A DNA stretch of 64,000 nucleotides from Alphaproteobacteria bacterium (GTDB lineage Bacteria; Pseudomonadota; Alphaproteobacteria; CAAHEQ01; UBA3637): assembly GCA_045660045.1 (NCBI GenBank), contig JAZRDB010000014.1:55571-119570 (forward strand), read 5' to 3'. Below, piece by piece: positions 54,481 to 63,992 of this stretch. The notes under the pieces are model-generated. The model searched no databases, was not told the origin of the DNA, and was given only the letters and a program-made list of their open reading frames with translations. Position 1 is the stretch's first letter. Each line of letters starts with the position of its first letter. A program made the translations under genes and the position numbers.

Positions 54481-56370
54481 ATGCTGAACAGTATTAAATC
54501 AAAAATTATAGGGTTAACGCTTGCCTTGCTTATCGTGCTGGGGCTGATTGTGACTGGCACTGCAATTATCGCTTTTTATCGCGACAAAGAGTTTGTTATT
54601 GAAAGCAATAATGCAGCCATCACGGCTTTTGAAGGCCAAATGAACACAGAAATTGCAGAATTGGAAAAAAATGCTCTAGACTTGGCTGTCATGGGTGAAA
54701 TTTATTATCACACTGGCAAAAATCAAGATATTGGTGAATTTTCCACAAGACAGATATTAAAAAATTATCCAAATTCCATGGGCAATGGTATTTATTTCAA
54801 ACCCTACAAAATATCCGAAAATCAAAAAATCTTTTGCATCCACGCTGTTTGGAACAGCAACAGACAAATTGATCTCCTTCCATCTTGTACATCTAATCTT
54901 TTTGATTATTTTAAACAAAAGTGGTATCCAGAGATTTTAACGGGGCTTCAAACAGGACGTAATGTATCGTGGGCTCGCCCCTATCGAAGCACACAACTGG
55001 GTAATTTGATGACAACGGTGGGTGCTAGCATTTATGATCAAAAAAAAGATCTAGTCGGCATATCAACAGTTGATTGGGACATGGATGCCATTTTAAAGTC
55101 CATCTTAAAAATCAAACCAACACCAGGCAGTTTTGTTTTATTTGCAGATCAAACAAATGATTACATTATCGCCACCACTGAACCGGGAATTGATAACACC
55201 TCTGTTTTTGGAAAAACACTACAAACATTAGATTGGTATTCAGACGACTTAAAAGAAGGATCGACTTTTACTTACAAAGGAATGCCCTATATTCCTTATA
55301 TTAAACAACTCAATAATGGCTTTTGCTTGATTGTCAATGTCCCTTTACTTGAATTATTTGGCGCGGCAATACATCATTTAATCATTCTATTAAGCGTGCT
55401 TTTAATCAGCACTTTGATTATTGTAGGTGTTTTGTATCTGCTCTTGAAACGCAACATCAATCAACCAATTACTAAACTGACGGATATTGCCGAAAAAATC
55501 AGTCATGGCGATTTGGAAAAAACAATCCGTTTGGATAAACCATCTGAACTGGCGCAGTTAGCCAAAGCATTTAACAAAATGAAAACAGACATCAAAACCC
55601 ATTTAACGCAATTAGCCAAAATTTCCAACGAAAAAGAACGAATGGAATCCGAATTGGCCATTGCCAAAACGATTCAGGCCTCCGCCCTGCCCACAGATTT
55701 CCCCAAAAACAAAAATTTTGAATTGGTTGCTTCCATGACACCAGCACGCGAGGTGGGCGGTGATTTTTATGACTTTTTTCCTGTGGATGAAACTCATTAC
55801 GCCTTTGTGATGGCTGATGTATCAGGAAAAGGGATTACCGCGGCTTTATATATGATGTCGGCGAAAACAGCCATCAAAAATATGTTACAAACCGGCTACG
55901 CTTTACCAGATGCTATTTCAAAAGCCAATAAAACACTTTGCGACAACCATGCACGCGGCATGTTTGTGACAGCCTTTATAGGCATTTTAGATCTCACCTC
56001 TGGCAATGTGGAATATATTAATGCGGGCCATTGCCCACCATTGAAAAAAACAAAAAATGGATACGATTATGTGAATGTTATACGCAACTTGGTCTTAGGG
56101 ATCACGCCAAATTATAAATATGAGGCTGGACAATTTGCTTTAAAAAATAAAGACCGGTTATTCCTTTACACAGATGGTGTCACGGAAGCACAAACCAAGC
56201 AAGAAAAATTGTTTGGTTCAGATCGTTTGAAAAAAGCATTGAATCAAAAGACCTTATCATTGACGGACACCCCAGCCCATGTACGCACACATATTGAACG
56301 CTTTGTAAAAGGGGCCCCACAATCGGATGATATCACCATGATGGTGTTGGAATTTCATAAAAAGAAATAA
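54481..56370 (+). CDS. membrane sensor PP2C-type Ser/Thr phosphatase (periplasmic Cache-like domain, HAMP, SpoIIE/RsbU domain)
   Basis: 629 aa. TM1, a ~270-aa external domain and TM2. HAMP region (...PITKLTDIAEKISHGDLEKTIRL...ELAQLAKAFNKM). PP2C motifs REVGGDFYDF, ADVSGKG, YTDGVTEA and DDITMMV. Confidence 0.8.
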   Translation: MLNSIKSKIIGLTLALLIVLGLIVTGTAIIAFYRDKEFVIESNNAAITAFEGQMNTEIAELEKNALDLAVMGEIYYHTGKNQDIGEFSTRQILKNYPNSMGNGIYFKPYKISENQKIFCIHAVWNSNRQIDLLPSCTSNLFDYFKQKWYPEILTGLQTGRNVSWARPYRSTQLGNLMTTVGASIYDQKKDLVGISTVDWDMDAILKSILKIKPTPGSFVLFADQTNDYIIATTEPGIDNTSVFGKTLQTLDWYSDDLKEGSTFTYKGMPYIPYIKQLNNGFCLIVNVPLLELFGAAIHHLIILLSVLLISTLIIVGVLYLLLKRNINQPITKLTDIAEKISHGDLEKTIRLDKPSELAQLAKAFNKMKTDIKTHLTQLAKISNEKERMESELAIAKTIQASALPTDFPKNKNFELVASMTPAREVGGDFYDFFPVDETHYAFVMADVSGKGITAALYMMSAKTAIKNMLQTGYALPDAISKANKTLCDNHARGMFVTAFIGILDLTSGNVEYINAGHCPPLKKTKNGYDYVNVIRNLVLGITPNYKYEAGQFALKNKDRLFLYTDGVTEAQTKQEKLFGSDRLKKALNQKTLSLTDTPAHVRTHIERFVKGAPQSDDITMMVLEFHKKK

Positions 56371-56510
56371 CCATATACCTATACGTCTCCACCCTTAGAT
56401 CTTAACCACCATTCATTTTCCCACAAAACATTCCAATGAATGATGATTTTATTGGTACATCATATCCCTCTGGACATGAGGCAAGCAGTGATACACCGTC
56501 TTAACCCTTA

Positions 56511-57599
56511 TTATTCTTTTTCGTTGTAACCGAACATACGATTAAGCTGTGTTTTGACTCTATAAAATTCTACAGACTTGGGGAACTCCTCCAAAGTTCG
56601 TGCTCCTGTATAAGTCATAGCGCTACGCAATCCACCTTCTAAATTTTGGATAGCAGAAGCTACATTGCCTTTGAACGGAACTTCGAATACAGTACCTTCA
56701 GATGCACGATAGTATGGCAAACCATCGTAATGTTGTTTTTGAGCAAAGGAAGATGACATACCATAGAACAATTTGTATTTTCGTTCTTCTATAATATCTT
56801 TGCCATTTGTATCAACAAATCCTGTTCTTATATAACGCGAGATCAGGTCTCCAGCAGCCTCCGAATAACCAGCCAAATACCCACCCATCATTACAAAATC
56901 AGCATTAGCTCCAATGGCTTTTACATAATCTGCAGGCTTTTGAATACCACCATCAGAACAAACCATTGCTCCCTGTCCTTTTGCCGCAGCAGCACAATCC
57001 ATGACCGCCGATAGTTGGGGTCTGCCAATACCAGTTTGAGTGCGTGTCCGACAAACGGCAGAACTACCTATGCCAACTTTTACAATATCCGCACCATTTT
57101 TGATCAGCTCTGTGGTTTTTTCAGGGGTTACAATATTACCAGCCATAATAACTGCTTTGGGGAACAAAGTACGCAATCTGTTTAAATGTTGAACAAAACC
57201 TCTAATATATCCATTCGGGGCGTCTAGACAAATATTGTTGCATAGGCGTGTTTCCATCACTTGTTTCAACTTGTCAAAATCATCTTTTCTTAAGCCAGTA
57301 CCAATAAAAATATAATCATTTGTACCAAAATTTTTTTTATTTTGATTCAAAAACTGAATCAGTTCTTCGGCTGTGTAATGCTTATGCAATGCGCAAAACA
57401 TTTGATGTTTTTGTAATTCCCGCGCCATTTCAAATGTCCCCGTTGTCGCCATATTCGCAGCAATAGCAGGATTCCCTTCAATAACTTTATCCGTCCATTT
57501 GAATTTATATGTTTTGGTAATAATGGCATCTCGTCTTGATTCAACATTTGAATCTTTGGGCTTAATCATTACATCATCAAAATCTAATTGTTCATTCAT
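56511..57599 (-). CDS. guaC: GMP reductase
   Basis: FDDVMIKPK...IAANMATTGTFEMA...ALHKHY and VGIGSSAVCRTRTQTGIGRPQLSAVMDCA align with E. coli GuaC blocks. There is no CBS insert, so it is not IMPDH. Confidence 0.8.
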   Translation of the reverse strand: MNEQLDFDDVMIKPKDSNVESRRDAIITKTYKFKWTDKVIEGNPAIAANMATTGTFEMARELQKHQMFCALHKHYTAEELIQFLNQNKKNFGTNDYIFIGTGLRKDDFDKLKQVMETRLCNNICLDAPNGYIRGFVQHLNRLRTLFPKAVIMAGNIVTPEKTTELIKNGADIVKVGIGSSAVCRTRTQTGIGRPQLSAVMDCAAAAKGQGAMVCSDGGIQKPADYVKAIGANADFVMMGGYLAGYSEAAGDLISRYIRTGFVDTNGKDIIEERKYKLFYGMSSSFAQKQHYDGLPYYRASEGTVFEVPFKGNVASAIQNLEGGLRSAMTYTGARTLEEFPKSVEFYRVKTQLNRMFGYNEKE

Positions 57600-57763
57600 A
57601 CTAATTCCTTTTTACAACTCATGAAAAAAATAGAGTGACATTTTACAACATCCAGCGTCTTTTGTCAATAATTATTATCGTCCACACATAAAGCGCCGTT
57701 TGATTATATAAAAACATAAGTACTAATATGTAAAACACACCAAACTTAAGGCTATTTTTCTGC

Positions 57764-57792
57764 TTGATTTTTCATAAATTTTTATATAGCAT
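57764..57792 (+). promoter_or_regulatory. candidate promoter TTGATT-17-TAGCAT for the glycosyl-modification cluster
   Basis: TTGATT at 57764-57769, 17-nt spacer, TAGCAT at 57787-57792. The -10 element is weaker than at the other promoters. Confidence 0.4.
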
Positions 57793-57820
57793 AATTTCAG
57801 TTGACAGATAACTGGAAAAG

Positions 57821-59269
57821 ATGATGAAATCACTGCAAAAAAAATATATCCTTTTTTTCTTACTAAGCACCCTTATTTGGAGCATTGTTCCGATATTGCG
57901 TCACAGTTTACCTTTAGACACCCAAGAAGCAATTGTCTGGGGCAAGTACTGTCTATGGGGCACCACAAAACATCCCCCTTTATCTGGGTGGATTGCTTGG
58001 GGATTTTACAACCTAATCGGAAAAACAGATTTCCTTTTTTATATACTTAGCCATTTATGTGTACTTGTTGGGCTTTTGGGAATATATAAGCTCGCGAAAT
58101 GCTTCCTCCCTCCTCTATCCGCTTTGATGGCAACCGCATTTCAATTGGGAATTATTTTTTACACTTATGCAGCCGTTGAATTTAATGTCAATGTTGTCTC
58201 ATTAGCACTGTGGCCATGGACAGCATACTTCTTTTGGAAAGCCTATCAAAAAAACAAACTGAAAAACTGGCTATTACTTGGCGTATTTATGGCACTCAAC
58301 ATTTTAAATAAATATGTGGGATCTGTCTTGGGAATTACTTTATTTATCTTTGTTTTAGCAACCCCCAAAGGACGTGCTTTATTTAAAAACCCAAAAACGT
58401 ATTTAGCCGCTATCATATGTATTCTGTTATTACTCCCCCACCTGATGTGGTTATATGATAATAATTTTGAAATGTTAAATTACATTAACTCACGCAACAA
58501 TGTTGGAAAAATCAAATCAATTGTCAGGCATATTATTTATCCTGCTAAATTTCTATTGGCACAAATTTTATTTGCACTACCTTCTATTTTGACATTTATA
58601 TTGTTTGCACGAAAGTCAAACAAAACACATCTTTTAAAAAATAAAGACAGAAATCTATTTTTATTATGTCTCGGAATTATCCCAACCGCTTTTTGGTTAA
58701 TTTCGGCATTCATTTCGGGAAATGCCCTCAAAGACATGTGGAATTTTCCAAGCTTATTCGCATGGGGTATCATAGCCTTCTATTTTTTTCCACACTCATG
58801 GACCTCAACCACCTGTCAAAAATACGGGAAAATTATGTTGGGATGGAGTTTAATTTTTGCTGGCGTGTATGTTGCTCAATGTTTAATAAGTCCAAGTGAA
58901 AGGTTCCACTCTAATTGCAAACAAATAGTATCGGACTTACAAGAAAAATGGGAAACCTCAATGCCTTATGTTCCTTTAGAATACGTTGGCGGCAACATAT
59001 GGTTTTCAAATATGATGGCGTTGTACGGTTCTGCCAAGCCAATAATTTGGATGAAAACAGAATCTAATCCTTGGTTCTCCGCCTCTGATTTTCATCAAAA
59101 GCGCGCGCTTGTGGTGGCCGAAACAGTGCCTGAATATCAAAAATTCCAAGAATTATACAAAGGCAAAATAACCGAACCAAACATCATTGAAATGACTTAC
59201 ACAAGCCCTATCGGAAAACAACGGACAAGAAAACTGATTTGGGGCATTTATTCAGGAGGTGCAAAATGA
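57821..59269 (+). CDS. GT39/ArnT-like (GT-C fold) polyprenyl-phosphate-sugar-dependent glycosyltransferase
   Basis: 482 aa with ~11 TM segments. The first periplasmic loop, LPLDTQEAIVWGKY...TKHPPLSGW, matches the ArnT/PMT_2 D-x-x-E-A...hPPL signature. Confidence 0.7.
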   Translation: MMKSLQKKYILFFLLSTLIWSIVPILRHSLPLDTQEAIVWGKYCLWGTTKHPPLSGWIAWGFYNLIGKTDFLFYILSHLCVLVGLLGIYKLAKCFLPPLSALMATAFQLGIIFYTYAAVEFNVNVVSLALWPWTAYFFWKAYQKNKLKNWLLLGVFMALNILNKYVGSVLGITLFIFVLATPKGRALFKNPKTYLAAIICILLLLPHLMWLYDNNFEMLNYINSRNNVGKIKSIVRHIIYPAKFLLAQILFALPSILTFILFARKSNKTHLLKNKDRNLFLLCLGIIPTAFWLISAFISGNALKDMWNFPSLFAWGIIAFYFFPHSWTSTTCQKYGKIMLGWSLIFAGVYVAQCLISPSERFHSNCKQIVSDLQEKWETSMPYVPLEYVGGNIWFSNMMALYGSAKPIIWMKTESNPWFSASDFHQKRALVVAETVPEYQKFQELYKGKITEPNIIEMTYTSPIGKQRTRKLIWGIYSGGAK

Positions 59270-60213
59270 AAAACAAACTTATTAGTATTGTTATTTCAGC
59301 TTACAATGAAGAACAAAATATTGCTAAACTTTACCAAGAAATTACCAAAGCAACATCAACATTGGCAAATGTTCAATTTGAATTTTTATTTGTAGACGAT
59401 GGCTCCACCGATAAAACAAAGGAAAATATTTTACATCTTCAAAAAAAAGATAAGCGTGTCAAGATTGTCCAATTAAAGCGCAACTTTGGACATGAAATTG
59501 CCATGACGGCCGGCATGGATTACGCCAAAGGGGATGCCGTCATTTTCATGGATGCTGATTTACAACACCCACCACAATACATTCCAGAAATGGTCAAATT
59601 GTGGTTAAGTGGAAAAGCAATTGTTTTGACAAAACGCATTGAGAACAAAGACACTTCTCGTTTTTATAAGTTTTGCGCTAAAACATTTTATTATGTTTTA
59701 AACAAAGTTTCTTCTACAAAAATAATGGAAAGCGCTCCCGATTTTCGCTTGCTCGACAGGAAGTATGTTGATTTTCTTAAAGGATTTAATGAACAAGATC
59801 GTCTTTTTCGTGGGCTCTTAAGCTGGATCATGCCAAACGATAATGTGGCTTTAATCGAATTTACTGCCCCCCCACGTTTTGCAGGAAAATCAAAATACAC
59901 CTTTTTAAAATCCTCTCAATTAGCAATCAACAGCATATTACAATTTTCGGTCTTGCCTTTGCGATTAGCGACTTATTTAGGGCTCATCACTGCCTTTTTG
60001 GCTGTTCTTTTGGGAATTTATGTTTTTGCAGAACATTTCTTTTTAAACAAGCCAACGCCCGGATATGCCACCATTATGGTAACGGTTATTTTCTTGGGCG
60101 CTGTCCAGTTAATATGCCTTGGAATCTTGGGCGAATATATTGGCAAGATTCATATGGAAGTAAAGAAACGTCCTTTATATATGGCCGACTTTGTGGAGCG
60201 AAAAGATGACTAA
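59266..60213 (+). CDS. GT2 polyprenyl-phosphate glycosyltransferase (ArnC/GtrB/DPM1-like)
   Basis: Start at ATG 59266 (ATGA overlap). ISIVISAYNEE, FVDDGSTD, FMDADLQHPP (DxD). Two C-terminal TM segments. Confidence 0.8.
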   Translation: MKNKLISIVISAYNEEQNIAKLYQEITKATSTLANVQFEFLFVDDGSTDKTKENILHLQKKDKRVKIVQLKRNFGHEIAMTAGMDYAKGDAVIFMDADLQHPPQYIPEMVKLWLSGKAIVLTKRIENKDTSRFYKFCAKTFYYVLNKVSSTKIMESAPDFRLLDRKYVDFLKGFNEQDRLFRGLLSWIMPNDNVALIEFTAPPRFAGKSKYTFLKSSQLAINSILQFSVLPLRLATYLGLITAFLAVLLGIYVFAEHFFLNKPTPGYATIMVTVIFLGAVQLICLGILGEYIGKIHMEVKKRPLYMADFVERKDD

Positions 60214-61027
60214 AATCATATTCAATGCAGATGATTTTGGTATCAGTCCTGGTGTCAATCAAGCCATATTTAAAGCACACACTAAGGGTGTTTTGAACAG
60301 TGCAAGCTTAATGATTAACCAACAATTTGTAGGTGAAGCCGTTACTCTGGCCAAACAAATGCCCAATTTAACCATGGGATTGCATATCAATTTAACCAAT
60401 GGCACCACAGCCATGGATCCTTGTACCATACCTTTGCTTGTTGGAAAAGATGGAAAATTTAAAAATGGTTTCGTAAAACTTTTCCTTTCGTCTTTTTTAC
60501 ATCCAAAAAAATTGCGGCAACAATCTTATCTTGAAATAAAAGCCCAAATTGAAAAATATCTAAAAACAGGGCTAACTTTAGACCACTTGGACAGCCACCG
60601 TCATGTACACATGATTCCCGCAATATTCAAAGCCGTAAAACAGTTGCAATCAGAATACCATGTCCCACGCATTCGTGTCATGAACGAAAATTTATTCAAT
60701 ACAATTCGTCAAAACAAAGGGCTCTCTTATCTATTTGATGGAGGCATCATTAAATATTTTTTATTGCGTTTTCTATCTCTTTGGAACCATCACAACGAAC
60801 AAACCTATTTTTATACCATACTATACACTTGCAAACTTTCGACGGCACAGTTTCAACATATAAAAATTCCAGACAAATACCATGCTGTTGAAATTATGAT
60901 TCATCCTGGAATGCCCGAGCTGGATTCGGGAAAGGATTATGTTTGGGATAACAATATTTTATCACCATATCGCACACAAGAATTAGAACTTTTATTGGAT
61001 AAAAACATACTAAAGGGGATTCAATGA
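60206..61027 (+). CDS. YdjC/ChbG-family carbohydrate deacetylase
   Basis: Start at ATG 60206. IIFNADDFGISPGVNQAIFKAHTKGVLNSASLM plus LDSHRHVH are YdjC-family metal-site motifs. Confidence 0.75.
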   Translation: MTKIIFNADDFGISPGVNQAIFKAHTKGVLNSASLMINQQFVGEAVTLAKQMPNLTMGLHINLTNGTTAMDPCTIPLLVGKDGKFKNGFVKLFLSSFLHPKKLRQQSYLEIKAQIEKYLKTGLTLDHLDSHRHVHMIPAIFKAVKQLQSEYHVPRIRVMNENLFNTIRQNKGLSYLFDGGIIKYFLLRFLSLWNHHNEQTYFYTILYTCKLSTAQFQHIKIPDKYHAVEIMIHPGMPELDSGKDYVWDNNILSPYRTQELELLLDKNILKGIQ

Positions 61028-61539
61028 AACAGCTTTATTTTTGGGCAGAAAAGATATGGTTTTGCTTGCCACAAAAACTCAGATTTTTGTTGACGGGTGG
61101 TTTCAATACAGTCTTTGCTTATCTTGTCTTAAATCTTTTAGATTATTTATTCACCCTTCTGTTCCAAACAGTGATGCCCAAAGTCGTCATCGTTAACTTG
61201 TCTTTACTCATCCAATATATTCTAACTATTAATGTATCTTTTTTAACCATGCGCTACTATGTCTTTCAAAGCCAGGGCAACTGGGTACAGGAGTGGTTAA
61301 AAGCATGGAGTGTATATATTTTCTTGTACCTCATTAACGCTCCAATTTTAACATTTATGATTGCTGTATTGGGATGGTCCACATGGTTAGCACAAGGCGT
61401 CTATTTAATCTTTTCAACAATTATTACATTCTTATTGCATAAATATTATTCTTTCCGCAAACATCCTTCCTCATCTCAAAATCAGAGTCCAGACAATGAC
61501 AAAAACAAGTTAAAACACCTTACCATTGACACCGAATGA
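61024..61539 (+). CDS. GtrA-family small membrane protein (putative lipid-linked sugar translocase)
   Basis: 171 aa with four TM segments. N-terminal LRFLLTGGFNTVFAYLV is GtrA-like. ATGA overlap. Confidence 0.7.
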   Translation: MKQLYFWAEKIWFCLPQKLRFLLTGGFNTVFAYLVLNLLDYLFTLLFQTVMPKVVIVNLSLLIQYILTINVSFLTMRYYVFQSQGNWVQEWLKAWSVYIFLYLINAPILTFMIAVLGWSTWLAQGVYLIFSTIITFLLHKYYSFRKHPSSSQNQSPDNDKNKLKHLTIDTE

Positions 61540-61658
61540 CATAGTTGATACCGCGCAAATCAATAAGCCAAACATTTCGCAAAAGTTGGCAGTGGAAAAT
61601 TGTTTGCAAAAAAATCTTTTTTATTATAGAATATGCACGAAATGGAAAGAATTTTAAT

Positions 61659-62225
61659 ATGAAGGAATTATACGGAAAATTAAAGGAATACAAATCATTT
61701 AATGAAGAAGAAGCTCAAAATGTAAAATCTTTTTTACAATTCTTGGATGCTTTTGGTGATAATGTTTGGACACGCGATAATATGGTCGGACATATTTCTT
61801 CTTCTGCCTGGGTAGTCAATCCCGAAAAAACAAAAGTCTTAATGGCTTATCACAGGATTTATGACAGCTTTGCTTGGTTAGGCGGGCATGCTGACGGAGA
61901 TAAGGATTTGCTTCATGTTGCCTTAAAAGAAACAATGGAAGAAAGCGGCATCACAAACGTCAAACCTATTTTGAACGATTTTATCGACGTCGTTGGAATG
62001 TTTGTTAAACCTCATATTAAACGTGGCATACATATTCCTTCACACATTCATTATAATGTGACTTACTTATTGGAAGCTCCAGAAAATCAAGATTTATATA
62101 TTGCCGAAGCTGAAAATTCTGCCGTCAAATGGATTAATTTACAAGATGTTATGAATTCTGTTACAGAAGAACACATGAAGCCAGTCTATCATCGACTGAT
62201 TGAAAAAACAATTCGTCTGCGATAA
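61659..62225 (+). CDS. NUDIX hydrolase
   Basis: Start set at ATG 61659 (MKELYGKL...). NUDIX box GGHADGDKDLLHVALKETMEESGI. Confidence 0.7.
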   Translation: MKELYGKLKEYKSFNEEEAQNVKSFLQFLDAFGDNVWTRDNMVGHISSSAWVVNPEKTKVLMAYHRIYDSFAWLGGHADGDKDLLHVALKETMEESGITNVKPILNDFIDVVGMFVKPHIKRGIHIPSHIHYNVTYLLEAPENQDLYIAEAENSAVKWINLQDVMNSVTEEHMKPVYHRLIEKTIRLR

Positions 62226-62321
62226 ATTCTAATTCAGGACGTTAACATCTTAAATTAACTTTTTCCCAAAAAATTCCTTATAAGACACCTTTAGTCGCAA
62301 ATCAATATAATTTTAAACAGC

Positions 62322-63992
62322 CTAAATCCATATAATTAAACGATTGTATCCCCCCGAAAGAGTATATTCTTTTTTGGGGATGTCTTTTAATGCTCGATCA
62401 AATTCATAGGTGGTAATTTGATAGTGTCTTCCTGTATCACGTAATATAATTTGTGTTCCTTCTTTTTTCTGTGTAATGGTGCATTCCAAAGCAATTTTTT
62501 TAGAATTTTTATTATGGTTTTTAATTGTTTTTAAAATGAACACAAATTTCTGGTTAGAACCCTTATCTAAATAGGATTTAAGCTTTTCTGATAATTCATA
62601 AATTTCAGGATCATTCAACTGAATATTAAATAAATGCTGATGTGCCAAAACTTTTTTATCTAACAAAAAGGGGAAAGTATTTTGTGGATATTTTTTTAAG
62701 CATCCTATATAAATACTTATTACCCCCAGAATGCCAGATAATAAAAATCCCCACCAAATGCCATTGATACCAAATATTATGCCCAATAAAATAGGCGAGA
62801 TAACAGGTAAGATCAATTGCGTTATTGTTAAAAGAACCAAGGCAAAGGAAAACCTCAACAAATAAACATAATAGGTGGTTAATACAGATGAAAGCGTGAA
62901 GAATAATCCTGCCAAGGAAACAATCCTTAAAGCTGTCGCTGTTGGTTGAATTAAATCCGTTTTCAAATTAAACCAGGTCGGGATTTGTTCAGCAAAAATC
63001 ATAACACCCATGATAATAAATAATTGTTCAATAAAGGCCCCCTTGATCACTAAATACATAAAAGAACGTAACCCTTGATGATTCCTTTCCCCGTTATATG
63101 TACAAACCAAAGGCATAGTGACTTCATCAAAGGCGTCGTTGCAGCTGAAAATAAAAGCCCAAAAATTAAAAACAATTGCCAATATAATTAAAGCATCGTT
63201 ACCAAAAAAATTCAAAGCAAATAAATTCAAAGCAAACAATAATAATCCACCATATAAACTTTCAACAGCATCCCCCAACCCCAACTTAAAAACAGTCAAA
63301 ATTGATTTTAAATTCAAATAAGGTTTCCAATGCAATGTATGCCGTTTTGTTTTAAAATGAAACAGATAAACTAAATCCCCTAAACAAGTTGCAATAACGG
63401 CACCTAAACTGAGCCCAGCCGTTCCCATATATTTGCACAAAATAAAAGACAATAAAATACTGACAAAAATATGGGAAAAGGAAGCCATCAAACATATTTT
63501 TTCATTCCCTCTATTCATCACAAATTCATATAAAAATGACGCAAACATTAACGGAACAGGTAAAAAAGCCAAATAGCTATAATAATCACTCGCATATTTA
63601 AGGATATTAGGTGTTCCATCAAATAAGGATAAGAAAAAAGATTTTCCAACCATAAATATCAATGTGGTTAAAAATCCCATTATTAAAATCAATAGGATGC
63701 TTTGGGACATTAACTGAGAGGCTTTATCAATAGATATCTTTTTATTTTCCGTATCCCCTAGAGCGGTTGAAATTAAAATATTAGAACCAACAGCCATCAT
63801 AAAGGACAGACAGAGCATTATTGTAAAAAGAGGCGTAATTAAAGTAATCCCTGCTATCGCCTCTTGTCCAATTAACTGACCGCCAATTATTGTATCGGCA
63901 ACATAACGAATGTACTCTACAATTAAACCCATTCCAGCAATGGTAAATAGTGATAGGAAACGTTTACTAGAAAATGTTTTGGCCAGCTCCAT
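62322..63992 (-). CDS. MATE-like polytopic transporter with a ~120-aa C-terminal soluble extension
   Basis: 556 aa with ~12 TM segments. It has MATE-like blocks (...GQLIGQEAIAGITLITPLF...MAVGSNILISTALG... and ASDYYSYLAFLPVPLMF). The C-terminal 62325-62693 is hydrophilic. Confidence 0.55.
   Translation of the reverse strand: MELAKTFSSKRFLSLFTIAGMGLIVEYIRYVADTIIGGQLIGQEAIAGITLITPLFTIMLCLSFMMAVGSNILISTALGDTENKKISIDKASQLMSQSILLILIMGFLTTLIFMVGKSFFLSLFDGTPNILKYASDYYSYLAFLPVPLMFASFLYEFVMNRGNEKICLMASFSHIFVSILLSFILCKYMGTAGLSLGAVIATCLGDLVYLFHFKTKRHTLHWKPYLNLKSILTVFKLGLGDAVESLYGGLLLFALNLFALNFFGNDALIILAIVFNFWAFIFSCNDAFDEVTMPLVCTYNGERNHQGLRSFMYLVIKGAFIEQLFIIMGVMIFAEQIPTWFNLKTDLIQPTATALRIVSLAGLFFTLSSVLTTYYVYLLRFSFALVLLTITQLILPVISPILLGIIFGINGIWWGFLLSGILGVISIYIGCLKKYPQNTFPFLLDKKVLAHQHLFNIQLNDPEIYELSEKLKSYLDKGSNQKFVFILKTIKNHNKNSKKIALECTITQKKEGTQIILRDTGRHYQITTYEFDRALKDIPKKEYTLSGGYNRLIIWI

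Noticed and set aside
56410-56442. An inverted repeat CATTCATT...AATGAATG between the convergent PP2C phosphatase gene and guaC.
   Set aside because: It is an 8-bp AT-rich stem with a 17-nt loop and no clean U-tract. It is not convincing as a terminator or as any structured RNA.
57675-57686. TTATCGTCCACA, a partial DnaA-box-like sequence in the guaC / GT39 divergent region.
   Set aside because: It is a single imperfect copy with an insertion relative to TTATCCACA. There is no cluster of boxes.
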